From: Octopus vulgaris
Lineage: Eukaryota
DNA length: 64,000 nucleotides
Direction: 5' to 3'
Assembly (NCBI GenBank): GCA_951406725.2
Contig: OX597817.1
Coordinates: 43,834,001-43,898,000 of the forward strand
Shown here in pieces: positions 1 to 14,245 of the stretch (position 1 is its first letter; each line of letters opens with the position of its first letter). A program made the position numbers and the translations under genes. Below the pieces are notes generated by a model. That model had not been told where the DNA came from. It searched no databases and saw only the letters and a list, made by a program, of their open reading frames with translations.

Positions 1-9
1 CAATAGAAA

Positions 10-430
10 CTTTATCAGCATAATACCATAGAAGAGATTGAGTAAACTTGCAACACAGATGATCTCAGAGAATGACAAAGTGACCATACCTATTGATCCA
101 TTGATATGATAAATCATACAGATAGAGATCAAGGTAAATCTTCCAGATATTTATGTGACATACGATGAAGAAAGATATGTTTCTCAATCAATGCATCAAT
201 TTCAATTTCTTGAAAAAAAATTAATAGAAGAAAACTATCCTGACAATAAGGATAAGCAGAATATGATAGAGATGGAACACAGAAATTATTACCATAATTA
301 TAGACAATTTGGAAATGACAGAAATGATCTAGTCAAATATACTAACCAAAACTCTAGGACTTAAATATAAACACATACAAAAAATAGTACTATCAAGTGC
401 TGCAGATATTTTATGTAATAAAATATGCCA
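10..430 (+). mobile_element. Degenerate 3' fragment of an R4/Dong-like (restriction-like endonuclease) non-LTR retrotransposon
   Basis: Frameshifted motifs ENDKVTI..HTDREIKVNLPDI and a C-terminal HIQKIVLSSAADIL, resembling RLE motifs IxWDxxIxTD..NRPDI and QKxALLGTAxILR. Boundaries approximate. Confidence 0.6.
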
Positions 431-2299
431 AGATATATTGAAATTTTGAACAAATATAAATAAATTCAACAAATATGTAAACACATGCATACACACATAC
501 ATAGATACACACACTCACACACATGCACATATGTATGTATAAAACAAAACAAATGAGGGCTTACCAACCACCTGTACTGTGCCACAAAAATGACCAGGCA
601 TGCACTTTGATATGCCCTGCTTTGGTCTATAGAGCAACATGTTGCTACATATTGGTAAGGATTATTTCTAATTTCTTTTTCGAGGGCACATGGAAACCCC
701 TCTACTTTCAAGAAACAGAGTTATGTTACTTTCTTCCTTGCCCTTTTAAATATGAAATCATTGAGCACTGTGGCACAACTTTTTGAGATACCTTTTCTAT
801 GTTTTTTCCTCTCTTGAAAGTAACTTAATTCCATCATTTTCCTGTTTTGCAACACTGGCAAATGACATTTTGCTGTTGCCTACATTGTTAACATTGTTAG
901 TTATCATCATTTTCCTTGTGTATTTGTCAAAGTAACCACCTGTTTGATTTCAACCGACAATGTTTTTCAGTATGTCTTTTGTTTTAAATCTATTAATTTT
1001 TCGGGAATGCATTTGTTGCTATTGTGTTTGAGGCTAGTACTTACTCCCACTCTTCCACTGCTGGCAATATCCACTGCCTAATTAACAATGTTTTAAAAAA
1101 TCAAACATTCTAATGTTCATTGTTCATAATTAAAAAAAAAAATCGCTATCAAGTGAATGTAATTAACTGTAATTTTGCTTTAGAGCACTGTTAAAGATGT
1201 ATGTTCATTGCAAACAACTACAACAACCATAACCATGAGAGATAAAGTTTGATAGATGAAGCAGACGGTTTCCTTTTTGATTAGGATATTTTCAAAGGAA
1301 TATTTTAAGGATTTAAATGTCATTCTGTTGTATTCAATAAGGAAGCAATTCAAAATATTAACATCTTTTTTGACATTTTAGAGACTTGACATGACAAGCA
1401 GTGCTCATTTACATTGTTTAAATACAATACTTCACTATACACTAACTGAATTAACAACATACACCTAAACTGAAATCATCTTTGAAAATGGCACAATTTG
1501 GTTTCAGTACATTTTAATACTGCAGGTTGATTTCAAGAATCATTATATTAATAACAATAGACAAAGCATTGACAGAAATGATAACATTGGAGTAAATGTG
1601 CTACAGTGGTTGATTAGTGTTCAGCTACATCTAATGCTACAAGGGTCAATTTTGCCTTTCATCTCTTTGGAATCAATATGTATATTAGAGTTAATTCAAT
1701 AGAGTTATAACTTCACATCAATACTAGAAATCCTATTTCTAATTAAACTTAAACTTTCAGAGATCAACAAATAACAAATATAATGCTTTCTGTAGAAAAA
1801 ATAAATTTGTGGTTATAAAAATAAATGGCATAAGGTTTACGAAAGGGAAAGGATATTTCAAATAATAATCAAATAAAAATGGCAGGACAATGGAAAAAGT
1901 GAAAATGAAAAATTCTAAGAGATTTTGTTAATGATACGCATTTAGAACAGATCACAGTACAGCCAAATATGAAAGAGAAGTATCCAGTACAGACTACATT
2001 ACAACTAACTATGAACATAATTACAAAAATGACATTATGCAAAAAGCATATAATTAAAAATGACTATGAACTTGAAGAAACCCTTATTTAGATTACAAAT
2101 GTGTAATATCAAGGAATATAATTTGAGGAAATATTGAAGCGACTTAAGCAAAATAAACCGTTGTAAGAATTCATAAATCATGATCCTCAAAGGAATTTAA
2201 AAGGCAAGTAAAAAAACTATAGACCCCTAAACAAATGGAGAAATATTAGAATTTGGTAAAAGGGCTGGAATAAATGAAAAACTATTAAAAAAATAAAGG

Positions 2300-3230
2300 A
2301 AAGACATTAAGCAAATTATGCTTACAATAGTGGCTGGGATCAGTAGGCAGGACATGTGTAGAACTCATTCTTCTCTTATGAGCCAAAACCAGACAGTAGA
2401 GAAGGAGCTTTAAGAGTGCCTTATTGGTATGTATATGAGGCTTCTCATGAGGGCTCATCTCCCCTACATCTCATCCCCTAACACCTATCACTTCTCAATT
2501 TATGATACTACTCAGTTATTATAATCACCTGAAAGCAGAACAGGCATGAACTACAACCTACAACTTTTCAGCTACCTTACTCCTTTCCTCACCCTGGAAC
2601 CACTACCATTTCTCATCTTCTCCTGGCCACTGTTTTCATTAGTAACCTCCTTTCTGTACCTTCAGCCATTGCTCTTTCTTCTCTGCTATACTCCATACTT
2701 AACACCTCTCTTATCTGCTATCACTCTCAATGCCCTCACATATCTATCAAAATCCCTCTGCCCCTGAGCCACATCTATATCTCTTACCATCATTTGTTAC
2801 AGTAATCTCTTTTCCATCTCTCCTCACACTCTTATGGAACTTACCCCTCTATCCCCCTGCTCATTCAATCAGTCCAATTCTCTATATCACTTTACCTGTA
2901 TTCTGTACCTTGAGGGTATGTCCCAATACATCTTCACCACCACCACTCTCCCCCTCTCTCTTTATCTTACATGCAAACTCTTTCTTTCTCTCCTTTCTTT
3001 TCCAACTGGGGTATCCAATGTATCTCCTCTACAACAAGACACCTCTCTCTATCCCTCTATTATACTTTTAACTTCTCATTAGCTGCCACAATACTACTCT
3101 CCCTCCAGCCATAGAAACCATGCTAAAGTAGACTATAAAGTTTAGCATCACTCTCTGGCTTGCTAGTTCTTGTTAAACCATCCAACCCATTCCTGTATAG
3201 AAAAACGATGTTAAATGATGATAATGATAC
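2300..3230 (+). mobile_element. Old RTE-related 3' region with long CT-rich tract and tail
   Basis: Pyrimidine-rich 2540-3110 followed by aaaccatccaacccat...gaaaaacgatgttaaatgatgat, the same tail as the RTE. Similar arrangements at ~20200-21090 and 46800-47520. Confidence 0.5.
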
Positions 3231-3879
3231 AATCAATAAGTTGCTTTGATTTGCTAATATCTGAGGATGAGCCAGTGAAGGTATTCAGCTTTTGCATTGT
3301 GTTTTTAAAGGTACTCAGCATTGGTATGAACTGAACAGTCAGAAAGAATGCCTTTTAATGTTTCATTTAATACACCATATACTCAGCATATATATACTCA
3401 ACTATATATTTTTTTAATGATATGCAGGAGGGCACTAATATTGTTGCAGATACCAACTCTTAAGAGCCAGTTTTTGAGTAGAGCTCATTAACCACAGTTT
3501 TGTAGTTTATTTGTAGTTTATTTGTCATCATCATCATCATCATCATTTTTAAAAGGGGTGATGAACAGAAGAATGGTAGAGTTGTGCAAAAAGGTCTTGA
3601 AAAATTTAGTTATACCTATAAATGCTCAAAGTTTTATTACTATAAAGGCTGGTTTTACTTTTTGTCCTAATATATATCAGGATTGTTTGAATTGCAATTG
3701 AAATTTTTGGTCTTGTGCCAAAGGAGATATAATACTAATAATCCCTTCCAGGAGGATTATTATTATTGCTATTACTACTACTTGTTCTAATCTAGTACTG
3801 AGTTGATAATACCAATTTCTTCAAAATTGTAGGTCATGTACCTAAATCACAAAGTATTATAATTATAATTATAATTATT

Positions 3880-4435
3880 CAATATTTGATAGCTTCAGGC
3901 AAATATCCACTGCATCACCTGCTACACCTCCATGTTACTAAGGTGTATGCAGCATTGTGTGTTCTTGAATTTTTATCTTGCTGAGGAAGTACAAACTCTT
4001 CCTGGTATTGTATTGTATCAGTTTTGTTATATGGCTTGGTTAGAGTCTGTTTTATTTTATTCTAGTGTTTGTATAGCATTGTGTGTAATGTGAGTTGTGT
4101 TCTGTTGGGTATCTGACTTGGACAGTGTGTAGTGCTGAGGGTCTATGTTTTTTTTTATCATACTCAATGCTCCAGTTATTACTGGTATTATTTTCATCTT
4201 CATGTCTCACATCTTGAATACTTCAATTTTGAGATCTTTATACTTGGACAATTTCTCCACTTCTTTTTGAGCAATATTTTAGTCCATGAGTAAGCAGGGG
4301 TTTTTTTTTGTCCCAATCTTTGATTATTTTGTTAGCTTTGATTTCTTTGTTAATTTGAACATATCCCAGATGATTGTGGCCTGATCATTGTCATGTTTGG
4401 TACATGTTTATACCATTTGTTGTTAGTTTTATGTT
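3880..4435 (-). mobile_element. Degenerate R4/Dong-like RLE retrotransposon 3' fragment
   Basis: Minus strand reads NDQATIIWDM..KEIKANK and NIAQKEVEKLSKYKDLKIEVFKM*DMKMKIIPVITGALSMIKK; abuts an (ATT)n tract. Boundaries approximate. Confidence 0.75.
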
Positions 4436-4437
<2 letters not shown>

Positions 4438-4479
<42 letters not shown>

Positions 4480-4483
4480 GTTA

Positions 4484-4517
<34 letters not shown>
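4438..4517. repeat. (ATT)n microsatellite
   Basis: Direct reading. Confidence 0.95.
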
Positions 4518-4805
4518 GAGGATGCTTGGCCTAATGGTTAGGGCATTGCACTCACACTTGTGAGATCATGGTTTCAATTCCTAGACTGAGTAGTGCATTG
4601 TGTTCTTGAGCAAAACATCTCATCTCATGTTGTTTAGTGATCACTTCAATACTTGATGTGTGGTGCACTGTGCACCTGTTCAGGCAATGTTGAGGGAGTG
4701 AGCTATTGTACAGCACGTACATTTGATCACTATAAACAAATCATTTGTGCAGGTCATTCAGCAAAAGCTGAATACTCATATGTCGTCTTTGATGGGAGAG
4801 TACAT
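4518..4805 (+). mobile_element. Decayed tRNA-derived SINE
   Basis: tggcctaatggttaggg, ggtttcaattcc and gtgttcttgagcaaaac motifs shared with 53532-53876. Confidence 0.65.
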
Positions 4806-4821
4806 CATCATTATTATTATT

Positions 4822-5592
4822 AAGGTGGTGAGCTGGCAGAATTGCTAGCACACTGAATAAAATGCTTAGCAACATTTCATGTGTCTTAACATTTTGAGTT
4901 AAAATCCACCAAGGTTGACTTTGCCTTTCATCCTTTAGGGGTCGATAAAATAAAGTACCAGTTGAGTACTGGGATTGATGGAGTCTACTAGCTCTGTCCA
5001 CCTCACAATTTCAAGCCTTGTGTCTATTGTAATATTATTATTAAGGTAAAATTATTAGCATACTAGTAAAATTATTAGCATACTCGACAAAATGCTTTGC
5101 AGCATTTCACAGTCTTTATGTTCTGAGTTCAGACTCTACCTAGGTCAATTTTGCCTTTTATGCCTTTAGGTCGATAATTAAAAGTACCAGTTGTATCCTG
5201 GTCTGGATGATTTCAACTAGGCCCCTCACTCAAAATTTCAGGCCTTGTACATACAGCAGAGCTGGAAAAGTCATTAACATGCTGGGCAAAATGCATAGCA
5301 ATATTTCTTCTGGCTCTTTCTGTTCTGAGTTCAAATTCCATCGAAGTTGACTTTTTCTTTTATTCTTCTGGGGTCAATAAAATTAGTATTAAGGCAGCAA
5401 GCTGGCAGACCTGTTAACATATCAGAAAAAATGCTTAGTGACATTTTTTCCAGCTCTTTACATTCTGAATTCAAATTCCATCAAGGTTGGCTTTGTCTTT
5501 CATCTTTCTGGGTCAATAAAATAAGCACCAGTTGATACTGGGTTTGATATAATCCCATTAAAAATGGCTAGCATTGTGCCAAAGTTTGAAAC
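4822..5592 (+). mobile_element. Tandem cluster of ~4 copies of an abundant SINE-like repeat
   Basis: Unit gagctggcagaa..aaatgcttagc..ttctgagttcaaattcc..gttgactttgcctttcatcc..ggggtcgataaaataaagtaccag repeated head-to-tail near 4822, 5043, 5258 and 5390; a more decayed copy follows at ~5660-5880. Confidence 0.8.
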
Positions 5593-5949
5593 TATTATTA
5601 TCATTACTACTACTACTACTACTACTACTATTATTATTATTATTATTATTATTTAAAAAGAGTGGTGGATATCATCAGAATTGGTAGAGCAACAGCGAAA
5701 ACGCCTTGTGGTATTAGATATGCTTATATATGTTCTTAGGCTTAATTTTGCTGGTGTCAGTTTTGACTTTCATTCTTTTCGTTTTTTTTTTAAATAAATA
5801 GAAGTACTAAGATAGATTTAACTGATATATGTACCTTCCCCTAAATTTATGAAGATGTGTTTTAAAGTTAGGAATGATTTATATTATAATTGATATGAGT
5901 GTGTCTGCTCTAACTTTAATTGCCAGCAGTTATCATTGTTGAAGATAAT

Positions 5950-6600
5950 GAATATAATAGTCTATGTGCAAATGTGTTAGTTGGGCAGAACATCTATTGT
6001 ACTCAGTGAATGGATTGAAATTTACTAACTGTCATTTCAAAAGCCACTCAAATAGAAGCTATAATCACGTAAGGATGAATAGCAGAGTGATATTAGAAGG
6101 TCTCAGCTTAATTCTTGGAATAATGGCATGTTCCCATAATGTTTGCCTTTTGTAACAATGTTAACTTCAATCCTGCATTTATTATTATTTGTATTATTTG
6201 AATTCCTGTTCCATTGCAAAGGGCAGTAGCCTTATTTAAAGTTCACAATAGCATTACAACACATATATCATGGTCAAAGTAGAGATGAGGGTGCTCCACT
6301 TAAGTTACAGATGTTTAGAAATTTCCTTGGATAATTGTACAGATTATCTGCATCATTGCCATAAGAAATGCTTCTGTGTGTGACTGTTTCTTTATCAAAT
6401 ATGCTGATAATTTCCACCTTTACAGAATTAGCAATAATATAGAGGAGGGATAGTAATGTTGTTAAGTTTGCTGGATCCAATGACTTGAGTAGAATGACTT
6501 ATTTGTTGTTCATTTGACACAAGCTCAGCATTTCCATCATAGTACAATTATCCACACTCTTCATCAATATGAAACAGAAAATCAATTGTATCATGGCCCT
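5950..6600 (-). mobile_element. Degenerate Helitron PIF1-like helicase fragment
   Basis: Minus strand in shifting frames: DNLYNYPRKFLNICNLSGAP (cf. YPxEFLNSLxPSGLPPH), VVMLL, LCNGT, IIPRIKLRPS, VAFEMTVSK (cf. AFAMTINKSQG). Boundaries approximate. Confidence 0.7.
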
Positions 6601-7789
6601 ATCAATTCTATAGTCATAGATTTAAAGTAATTTTCAATTTCATCACTCACTTCTAAAAGGAAGCAGGAGTTCTAACTATTTTCATGATAGAAACTCTGTA
6701 TTTGGACCTTCACATTATACCTTATATCAAACATTAAATATCACAATTCTTGAAAAGAAAAGGGGGAAAAAACGACTATGCTATCTTGCTATCAGGTAGT
6801 AAACAACATGAAAGGAAAATGATATTTTTAAGCAAATGACACCACCAATGCATACACACTTCATTGTGAAACATGTAAAGATTGAATCACTGGTCAAATA
6901 GTTTTTGACAATGAAGGTCAAAGCGTAACTTACACACACACTGTTATTTTAGAAATAAAATAATACCAGTAAGTGTTCAGGTCGATATAATCAAGTAAAC
7001 CCTTTTTCAAAATGTGATATTTTGTATCACTGTTAAAAATCAATATCATTAGTATTGAGGCAAGCACCATAGTGAGTCAAAATTAATTATAATCTAGAAT
7101 TGATTATCTTGTTCATGTAAATTGAATTCATGTTACCAATACTCTTGAGAAATGAATGGGAATGAGTTTGCAAGTCTAAAGTTTTCATGTCCTCTGAAAT
7201 ACAGACCGTTTGTGCCTAGCAAAGAAACATAGCATTATTGTTAACAATTTCATTTTCTAAAAAACATTTTCTTTTGTATATTTTATCAAGTCAACATTTT
7301 TTTCATTCCTGTAAATTGATGGTTTAGAAGAGAGTAGGAATTAATTATCAGGCAAGCGGAATGTTTTAGTGCTTGTACAGTTATGATTATATAATGAGTT
7401 TAGTTGTGCATTGCATTCTGTAGCAATGTGTCTTGCTTGTATGTTATGATATAGTTTTATTTACATATTCGAGGCATTTTTGTTTTCAAATCATTGTATT
7501 TAATGAGTTTCTCATGATCTACAATGGAGACATTTGAGTCTCACTTCGAAATATTTGCTTGCAAGTATATTTTTAGTGTAGTAATTTTTGATAGGGATAT
7601 TAAAGTTGCTTGTTCTTTAATATGTAGTAGTAAGGCTTTGTCCTTTTCTGCGCTTATAACAGTAAATTGCTTTAAAACTTTTTCTCTGTTCAATTTGGCT
7701 GTTATTTTATTACATACAAAGCTACATGTTGGCTGCTGAATCCAAAATTCTTCAAGACAGATTAATTATTATTACTATTATTATTATTA

Positions 7790-7945
7790 TTAGCTGCATT
7801 TTGTCTGTCTTCATGTTCTGAGTTCAAATTCCACCAAAGTTGACTTTGTCTTTCATACTTTAGGGGTCAATGAAATAAGTACCTATTGAACACCGGGATT
7901 AATTTAAATTTAAATTTTAGGCTGTGTGCTTTATAGTAGAAAAGA
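7790..7945 (+). mobile_element. Partial copy of the same SINE-like repeat
   Basis: gttctgagttcaaattccaccaaagttgactttgtctttcatactttaggggtcaatgaaataagtacc after an (ATT)n run. Confidence 0.7.
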
Positions 7946-10900
7946 TCATCATCATCGTCATCATTGGCAGTGATAATTTATACAGTGAAATGAATGCTAG
8001 ACTTATTTTCATTTTTACATGAATAAAAATGTATTGATAGTTACTGGTAGCATTCTCAATCTTATGAACAAGGAAAAATTCATCAGGAAAGGATATGAGC
8101 AAGAGCCACATAACTGAGACAAGGTAAAGGGCTTGTTGCACACACTGGGTAATGTTTTCAGCCTTACAAACACAATACTAAGAAAACAATTTAATTTGTG
8201 TTGAAGCATTAGAGTTATAAATATCATTTCTTGATCTATAATATAGAAATGATGCCTGTTGATTTTGTAAAGAGCTGTCTAAGTAGCTTTCTATTGTGCT
8301 TGTCTATTCATACTTCAGTCTTCACAAGAATTAAATAATATTGCAGAATGAAATTATACTTGTATTTTAATTTCTTAGATATTTGAAGATTTTATATAAT
8401 CTTTATCCCAATAATTTGAAATAAAATATTTTTTCAATATTCTCATAAAAAGGAATTTCAGATTAAATATTTCTTAAAAGCAAATCTATAATTGGAACAT
8501 CACAATAAAGGACCACAACTTAAATGTAACAAAAATAGGACTATATCTGTAAAATACTCTGTAATTAATCTGATATTAAAAAAATAAATAGATAAATAAA
8601 AGAAAGATGTATGGTGAAGGGAACAAAAAGACTGAACAGTAGGAAACAAATGAGAAAGCTAGTGAGACAAATTTATGCAAAACTAAAGAATAAATTTTTG
8701 AGGATAAAAGAATAAGTTTTGAGGATATGTTACAGGAAAAAGAAAAAAAAAAAGGAAAATACAGACCACCAGAGATGAAATGTTAAGAAATCAGAAATAC
8801 ACTTTAAAATAAAAATGGGGAAGTTGAGAGAAAGAGAAATAAAAAAGGCATAGGACTAAATAAATGTATTTCGCACGAAGTACAACTATTAAGAACTTTA
8901 CTGATACAAAATATTAAAACAATCTGAATGATATTTGAAAGTTGAACTGTAACATTCATATATACTATATGTCACTCTAAAATAGATTATAGAGTAGCAT
9001 ATACTATATATTCTACAAACACTATCAAAACAAATTAAATACAGACACAGAACTTTCAATGTAATGGACAGATAAAAGGATGAATAACCATATCTGAAGA
9101 GCAAACAATATACCAAACATGAGTTTCATCATAAATATTTAGACCTATGCATCTTGAACAACAATAAAATATAATACTAGGATACCATTTGGGCATTAAA
9201 CTCCATTTGTACGTGTATACAAATGCACATACTACAGAAGGTTCCCAAGAAAATCCCACAAATAGTTTATCCTGTCAAAACAAAGAATTACCCTGAAGAT
9301 TTTAACAATTTACCAACAGCTTACTCTCTGGGTGCTAAGAATTTTCTTTACAAGAAGCTCGTCCATGATAACAAAAACCTTGAAATCTCTGAAAGTTAGA
9401 CTACTTCACACAGCTATGACTTCTTAGTAACCTAGGCTTTATCTACCAGTGGGAATGATTACAAAACTTCTTTTTCATAGATCTAAAATACTGGGAGTAT
9501 ATTTCTGCACTAAATTTCTACATTGGAATGCTGTCAATTTTACACAATTATACTTACACACAAAGTCCTTGAAGCTCCTTATCAAAAATGCTCTTTACAT
9601 GAAGTAAAACAAGTGGATTATGACATATTACCAAATCCCTAAACTTCTTCCTTTACACATTCATATGAGGTCTTTTCTGCAATAATGGTTGGTAACTATT
9701 CAATTACCTTCCAAAATAGTAAAGCAATTTAGCTACAGTTTCTTTGGAAATGTTTAAAGAAATATGGACACACTAATTTCTAGTTGTCTTAAATGAACTC
9801 TCTGCAAAGAGTTATCTATAAGATAAAACATCATCCATTAATTCACTAATACTTTAGTTTAGAAAACATGAAATTATCAAATATGAACTTGGAGATAAAT
9901 ACCATGAGTGTCACTAACAACATGGGACAATAATGATTGAAAACAATGTACTGGCATGCTTTAAGTCTTGATAATTAAATGATCTAAAGAACCAACACAT
10001 ACATGGAAACATAAGTGATTTTGTATACTTGAATGTGTGGTGCCTATATATATATATGTATTTATGCAAAGGTAGCTACTACATGTCCTTATCCTTTCTT
10101 AAGTTATTGTTGTTTGGTTTCAGGTCATTGACTCAATGTATGATCTACAGCAATCCATCTTTGATTACTCTATCTTTTTGTCAGGCAGTGGAAGTATCAT
10201 TGCAAAGTGACATAAGATTACGGTCAGAAAAAGTTAGATTCTGCCAACTGAAAGAATTTATACTCCATTGAATAGAACACAAATGACATGTGAAGAGGAA
10301 AGGACAAAGAATTTAGTACATGTGTAGTACATCAGCTATACATGTGTGTGTGTGTGTGTGCATGTTTATGTATTTATATGTTTATGAGCATCTGTATGTG
10401 AATGATTTCTTCAAATCAGTGAATAAGGTTTTTTGTTGTTGTTGTTGACAAGTAAAATATTTCAATAATATCTATGTCCTAAGATAATAAATAGTCTACT
10501 TTGGCAGACAATGTGGAAGTAAAACTACAGGAGCAAATAGAGATAAAGAAAAAGAAAGGAGCACAGCAAAGTGTACGAACAGAAACATTGGTGGAATTTA
10601 TTGATAGAATATTTTAATGTACATGGGGATAAGAAATGTATATTTATTAGTAAAATGAAGAGTGTGTCATTATTAAATTGAAGCATCAGGTAATGTAAGA
10701 TAAATTTGACTACAAAATTGTTAGAAGTGAGGTTTCTTCAAAAGTCTTTTGTTCAGTATGTTTAGATGAGAATAATGATAGTTTAATTGTAAGTTATGGA
10801 AGAGTGGTAGTGAAATTTCATAGACTATAATGAACATTGAAAATATTGGTCAAAGTATGTTAGAACGTAAGTTAGAAAAAGGAGTCGTTTGTATATGATA

Positions 10901-11129
10901 TAGAGCAACAGGTCAATAGTAGATATATGATAGCCAGAGATACAGAGATTGCACAGTGTAATTTAGAAATGACTAACTAGAAAGAACAATGTATAAAAAA
11001 GACAAAGTTAACAAAGAATACGTGTTATAAAAATTAACCAGAGAATTATAACCACCAGCAAATATTAGAACTATCACAATATCACAGCTTATTTTAAACT
11101 TGGTAAAATATCTCAAGCTTTATTGTGCC

Positions 11130-11560
11130 ATCATCATCGTTTAATGTCCGCTTTCCATGCTGGCATGGGGTGGATGGTTTGACTGGGGACTGGTGAGCCA
11201 GGTGGCTGCACCAGGCTCCAATCTAATCTGGCAGAGTTTCTACAGCTGGATGACCTTCCTAATGCCAACCACTCTGAGAGTGTAGTGGGTGCTTTTACAT
11301 GCCACTGGCATGAGGGCCAGTCAGGTGGTACTGGCAATGGCCACGCTCAAATGGTGCTTTTTATGTGCCACCTGCACAGGAGCCAGTCCAACGGCACTGG
11401 CAACGACCTTCCTCAAATGTTTTTTCACGTGCCACCATAAGTGCTCGAATGGTGCTTTTTACATGCTACTGGAATGGGGGCCATTCAGTGGCCCTGGCAA
11501 TGATAGCACTCGGATGGTGCTCTTAGCACTCCACTAGCACGGATGCCAATCATGCGATTC
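11130..11560 (-). mobile_element. RTE LINE 3'UTR fragment
   Basis: catcatcatcgtttaatgtccgctttccatgctggcatggg... is collinear with 42705-43060. Confidence 0.85.
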
Positions 11561-13296
11561 TATTGATATTAATGTTCATGTGAGATAAGTAAATACAAAT
11601 TTTTTTCATCGTCAAATATGCTACACAAAAATATTGATGCAAATGGAAGGAATTTTATTTTGATTAAAAATTAACAAACTAATACTCTATTTTACTTAGC
11701 TTATTTCAGGAAGCTACTACATTCAGGATGATTTAAAGGTAACTCAAAAATGAACTTTGACTACCTGATATGTATTTACTTGTTCTTGTTTCTTTACTTG
11801 CTGTATCTGGAGGAAGAGGGCAGTATTCATGACCTTTGTAGGCCCAGAAAGACTAGAAAACTAGATGTCATTAATGTTCTGTTTAAGCTGTTGCAGTTTA
11901 ATGTTTCTGTTCTCTGTTTAATACTTTCCACTTAAATCTTCAAACATGAGTGTTGAAGATGCAGTAAATGAAGACATAGTACATGGTTTTATAGTGAATG
12001 AGACCTCTAGGCCCCCATCCCTACTCTGGAATTACACAGCAGTATGCTAATAGAAATGTTTTAAATGTTAGTGTGTAATTCCACTTTATGGTACATACTT
12101 GCAGGTAGCTGAACTAGAATTTTAAACGCTAAATGTCTTAGCTATGAACATAGCTCAGAACATGTGATAAAATATGAACCACTAATCTTTTTGATGATAT
12201 TCTAATACTTTGAAAACAATGACATGATGGTTCCCCTGTTATTAATAGTGTTCCATGAAAGACTACATGAAAAATGTAATTTTGTCAAAAAGGTGAAACA
12301 ATACTAAAACCTTAGATTAGGCTGTACCAGCTGTTAGAGAACTAATGTTTTTGAGTTCAAATTCTGGTACAGTCTTTCTCACCTAATTCCTAGTATCTAT
12401 ACAGCTGGTATAGAATCCAGTATATTTGGTTTTGAGTATCCAAGGCAACCGTTTAGCTATCAATACAGAAGTTTATCATTACCACTTCTGATTGAATCAT
12501 CTCAAAAATATCAGTGATCAAATATGTATTATTTGTAGATTTGTTTCCCATAAAATACTGTGGTGAAACCTATTTATAAATTCTGTTGTCTGATGCAATA
12601 AAATGGAACTATCCTCTCCCATTTTATTCTACTTATATTTTCCCCTTCATACTGTTACCCCTAGGAGCAGAATAAAATTGATATGATGTTTTAAATAAAT
12701 CTACATAACATTTTGAAATTGTTTTGACAAAGGAAATTATCTGAAGTTGATTATTGTTGCATAACTGAAATAAGTAAAACTGATATGAAAATTTATTAAA
12801 ATAACGTTTAAAATTTATGAAGTTGAAATCACAGTATTCTAATATGAATTTAGAGCTGATATTATGATGTTTATGGAAGTGATAGGGCACAGAAACTTTA
12901 AAGCTTAAAATTTGACCTTAATCACATTGAGATTCTTCTTAAATGCATTTTATTTGAATAATAGCAACAAAAAAAAAAGGAAGAAAAATTGTGGATATGT
13001 TGTGGGGATAGAATCCCAAGCTTAGTTTTTAGCACATGCTAAAGACAAATAGAAGCTCCATGGGAACAAAGTAATGAAATGAGATTGAGGAAATGAGCAG
13101 GAGGGATATATTTATCCAAAATTGTCGAATATCATAACCATAAAATTTGGTAATGAAATTGTGTCTGTGATATGTGCACATGCAGAGTTTCCATATATTA
13201 AATAAAAAGAAAGAAAAGAAAAAGGAAATAAAGTAAAGAATTTGCAAATGAAGGTGAGAAGGGTTAAACAAAAGATGTAACAACAGAGATACGTAC

Positions 13297-13326
13297 TTGG
13301 AAAAACATGCATTGGACCAAACTCTT
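13297..13326 (-). CDS. Nrxn: Candidate 30-nt neurexin SS4 microexon (EEFGPMHVFP)
   Basis: ttttcattttatctcttcttctttacttccatttcag|AAGAGTTTGGTCCAATGCATGTTTTTCCAA|gtacgt; very strong acceptor, good donor, phase 1-1, open; TGCATG about 115 nt into the downstream intron. Confidence 0.55.
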
Positions 13327-14199
13327 CTGAAATGGAAGTAAAGAAGAAGAGATAAAATGAAAAACGGACAACATTGAAACAACATAGATTGCATTCCTTA
13401 GTGATTTTCTTTGTGTTTAATGCTATTTCTTTTCCTTTAATTCTCTATTTTACAGATAGTGAGTCTATAAGAACTATGTGAGTTTGAGACGAAATGTAAA
13501 TGCTCATGTATCTGCACCTCAAAAACTAGAGTATTTCTGTAAGGAAACCAATTAGAACTCGCAGTATCTTTTTAGTATAATTTTTGTTTGTAGTGGTACA
13601 AAGAGAATAATTCTTAAATATTTGAGAACGTATTTAATGCCTAATTAATAAAAGTGTTGCTCTAAAGGTACATTACAAATACTACTACACATATCACATT
13701 ATTTCCATAAAGAAGGAGCATCATATAATTTTCTTGAATGAACTGATGTGAAACCAGGGCTAATTAATTCATGGTTGACTGGTTTGCAAGAGAATAATCA
13801 TCTAGCTGACTAAAAATCATTAGCTCCTGTAACTTATGTAAATGCCTTTAATTTTCAGTGTAACCTTAGAAACAGTTATCCTTAGAAAACAGACATGAAA
13901 AGAAACTGCTAAACTTTCATAAAAACTAAAACAAATGCATGTTTGTATATGACACACAAACACACACACACAAGTAGACTAATAGATATTCATATACATT
14001 TATATAAATACATATAAATGTAATAAAATATCCTGGAGATGAATAGGTTCCAATATATTTAAAATGCCTAAAGCATTCTGTTCATAATGGCACTCTTACA
14101 AAACCATAAGGAGTTCAGAGCCCAAAGAAGGTAACATGTGTGTATATATGTGTGTGCGTGTATAAAACATACTCTATGTATATCTTATGATATATAGAC

Positions 14200-14245
<46 letters not shown>

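Noticed and set aside
10500-10524. Strong pyrimidine tract and TAG acceptor
   Set aside because: 25 nt to a weak GTAGAC donor; reading through hits a stop.
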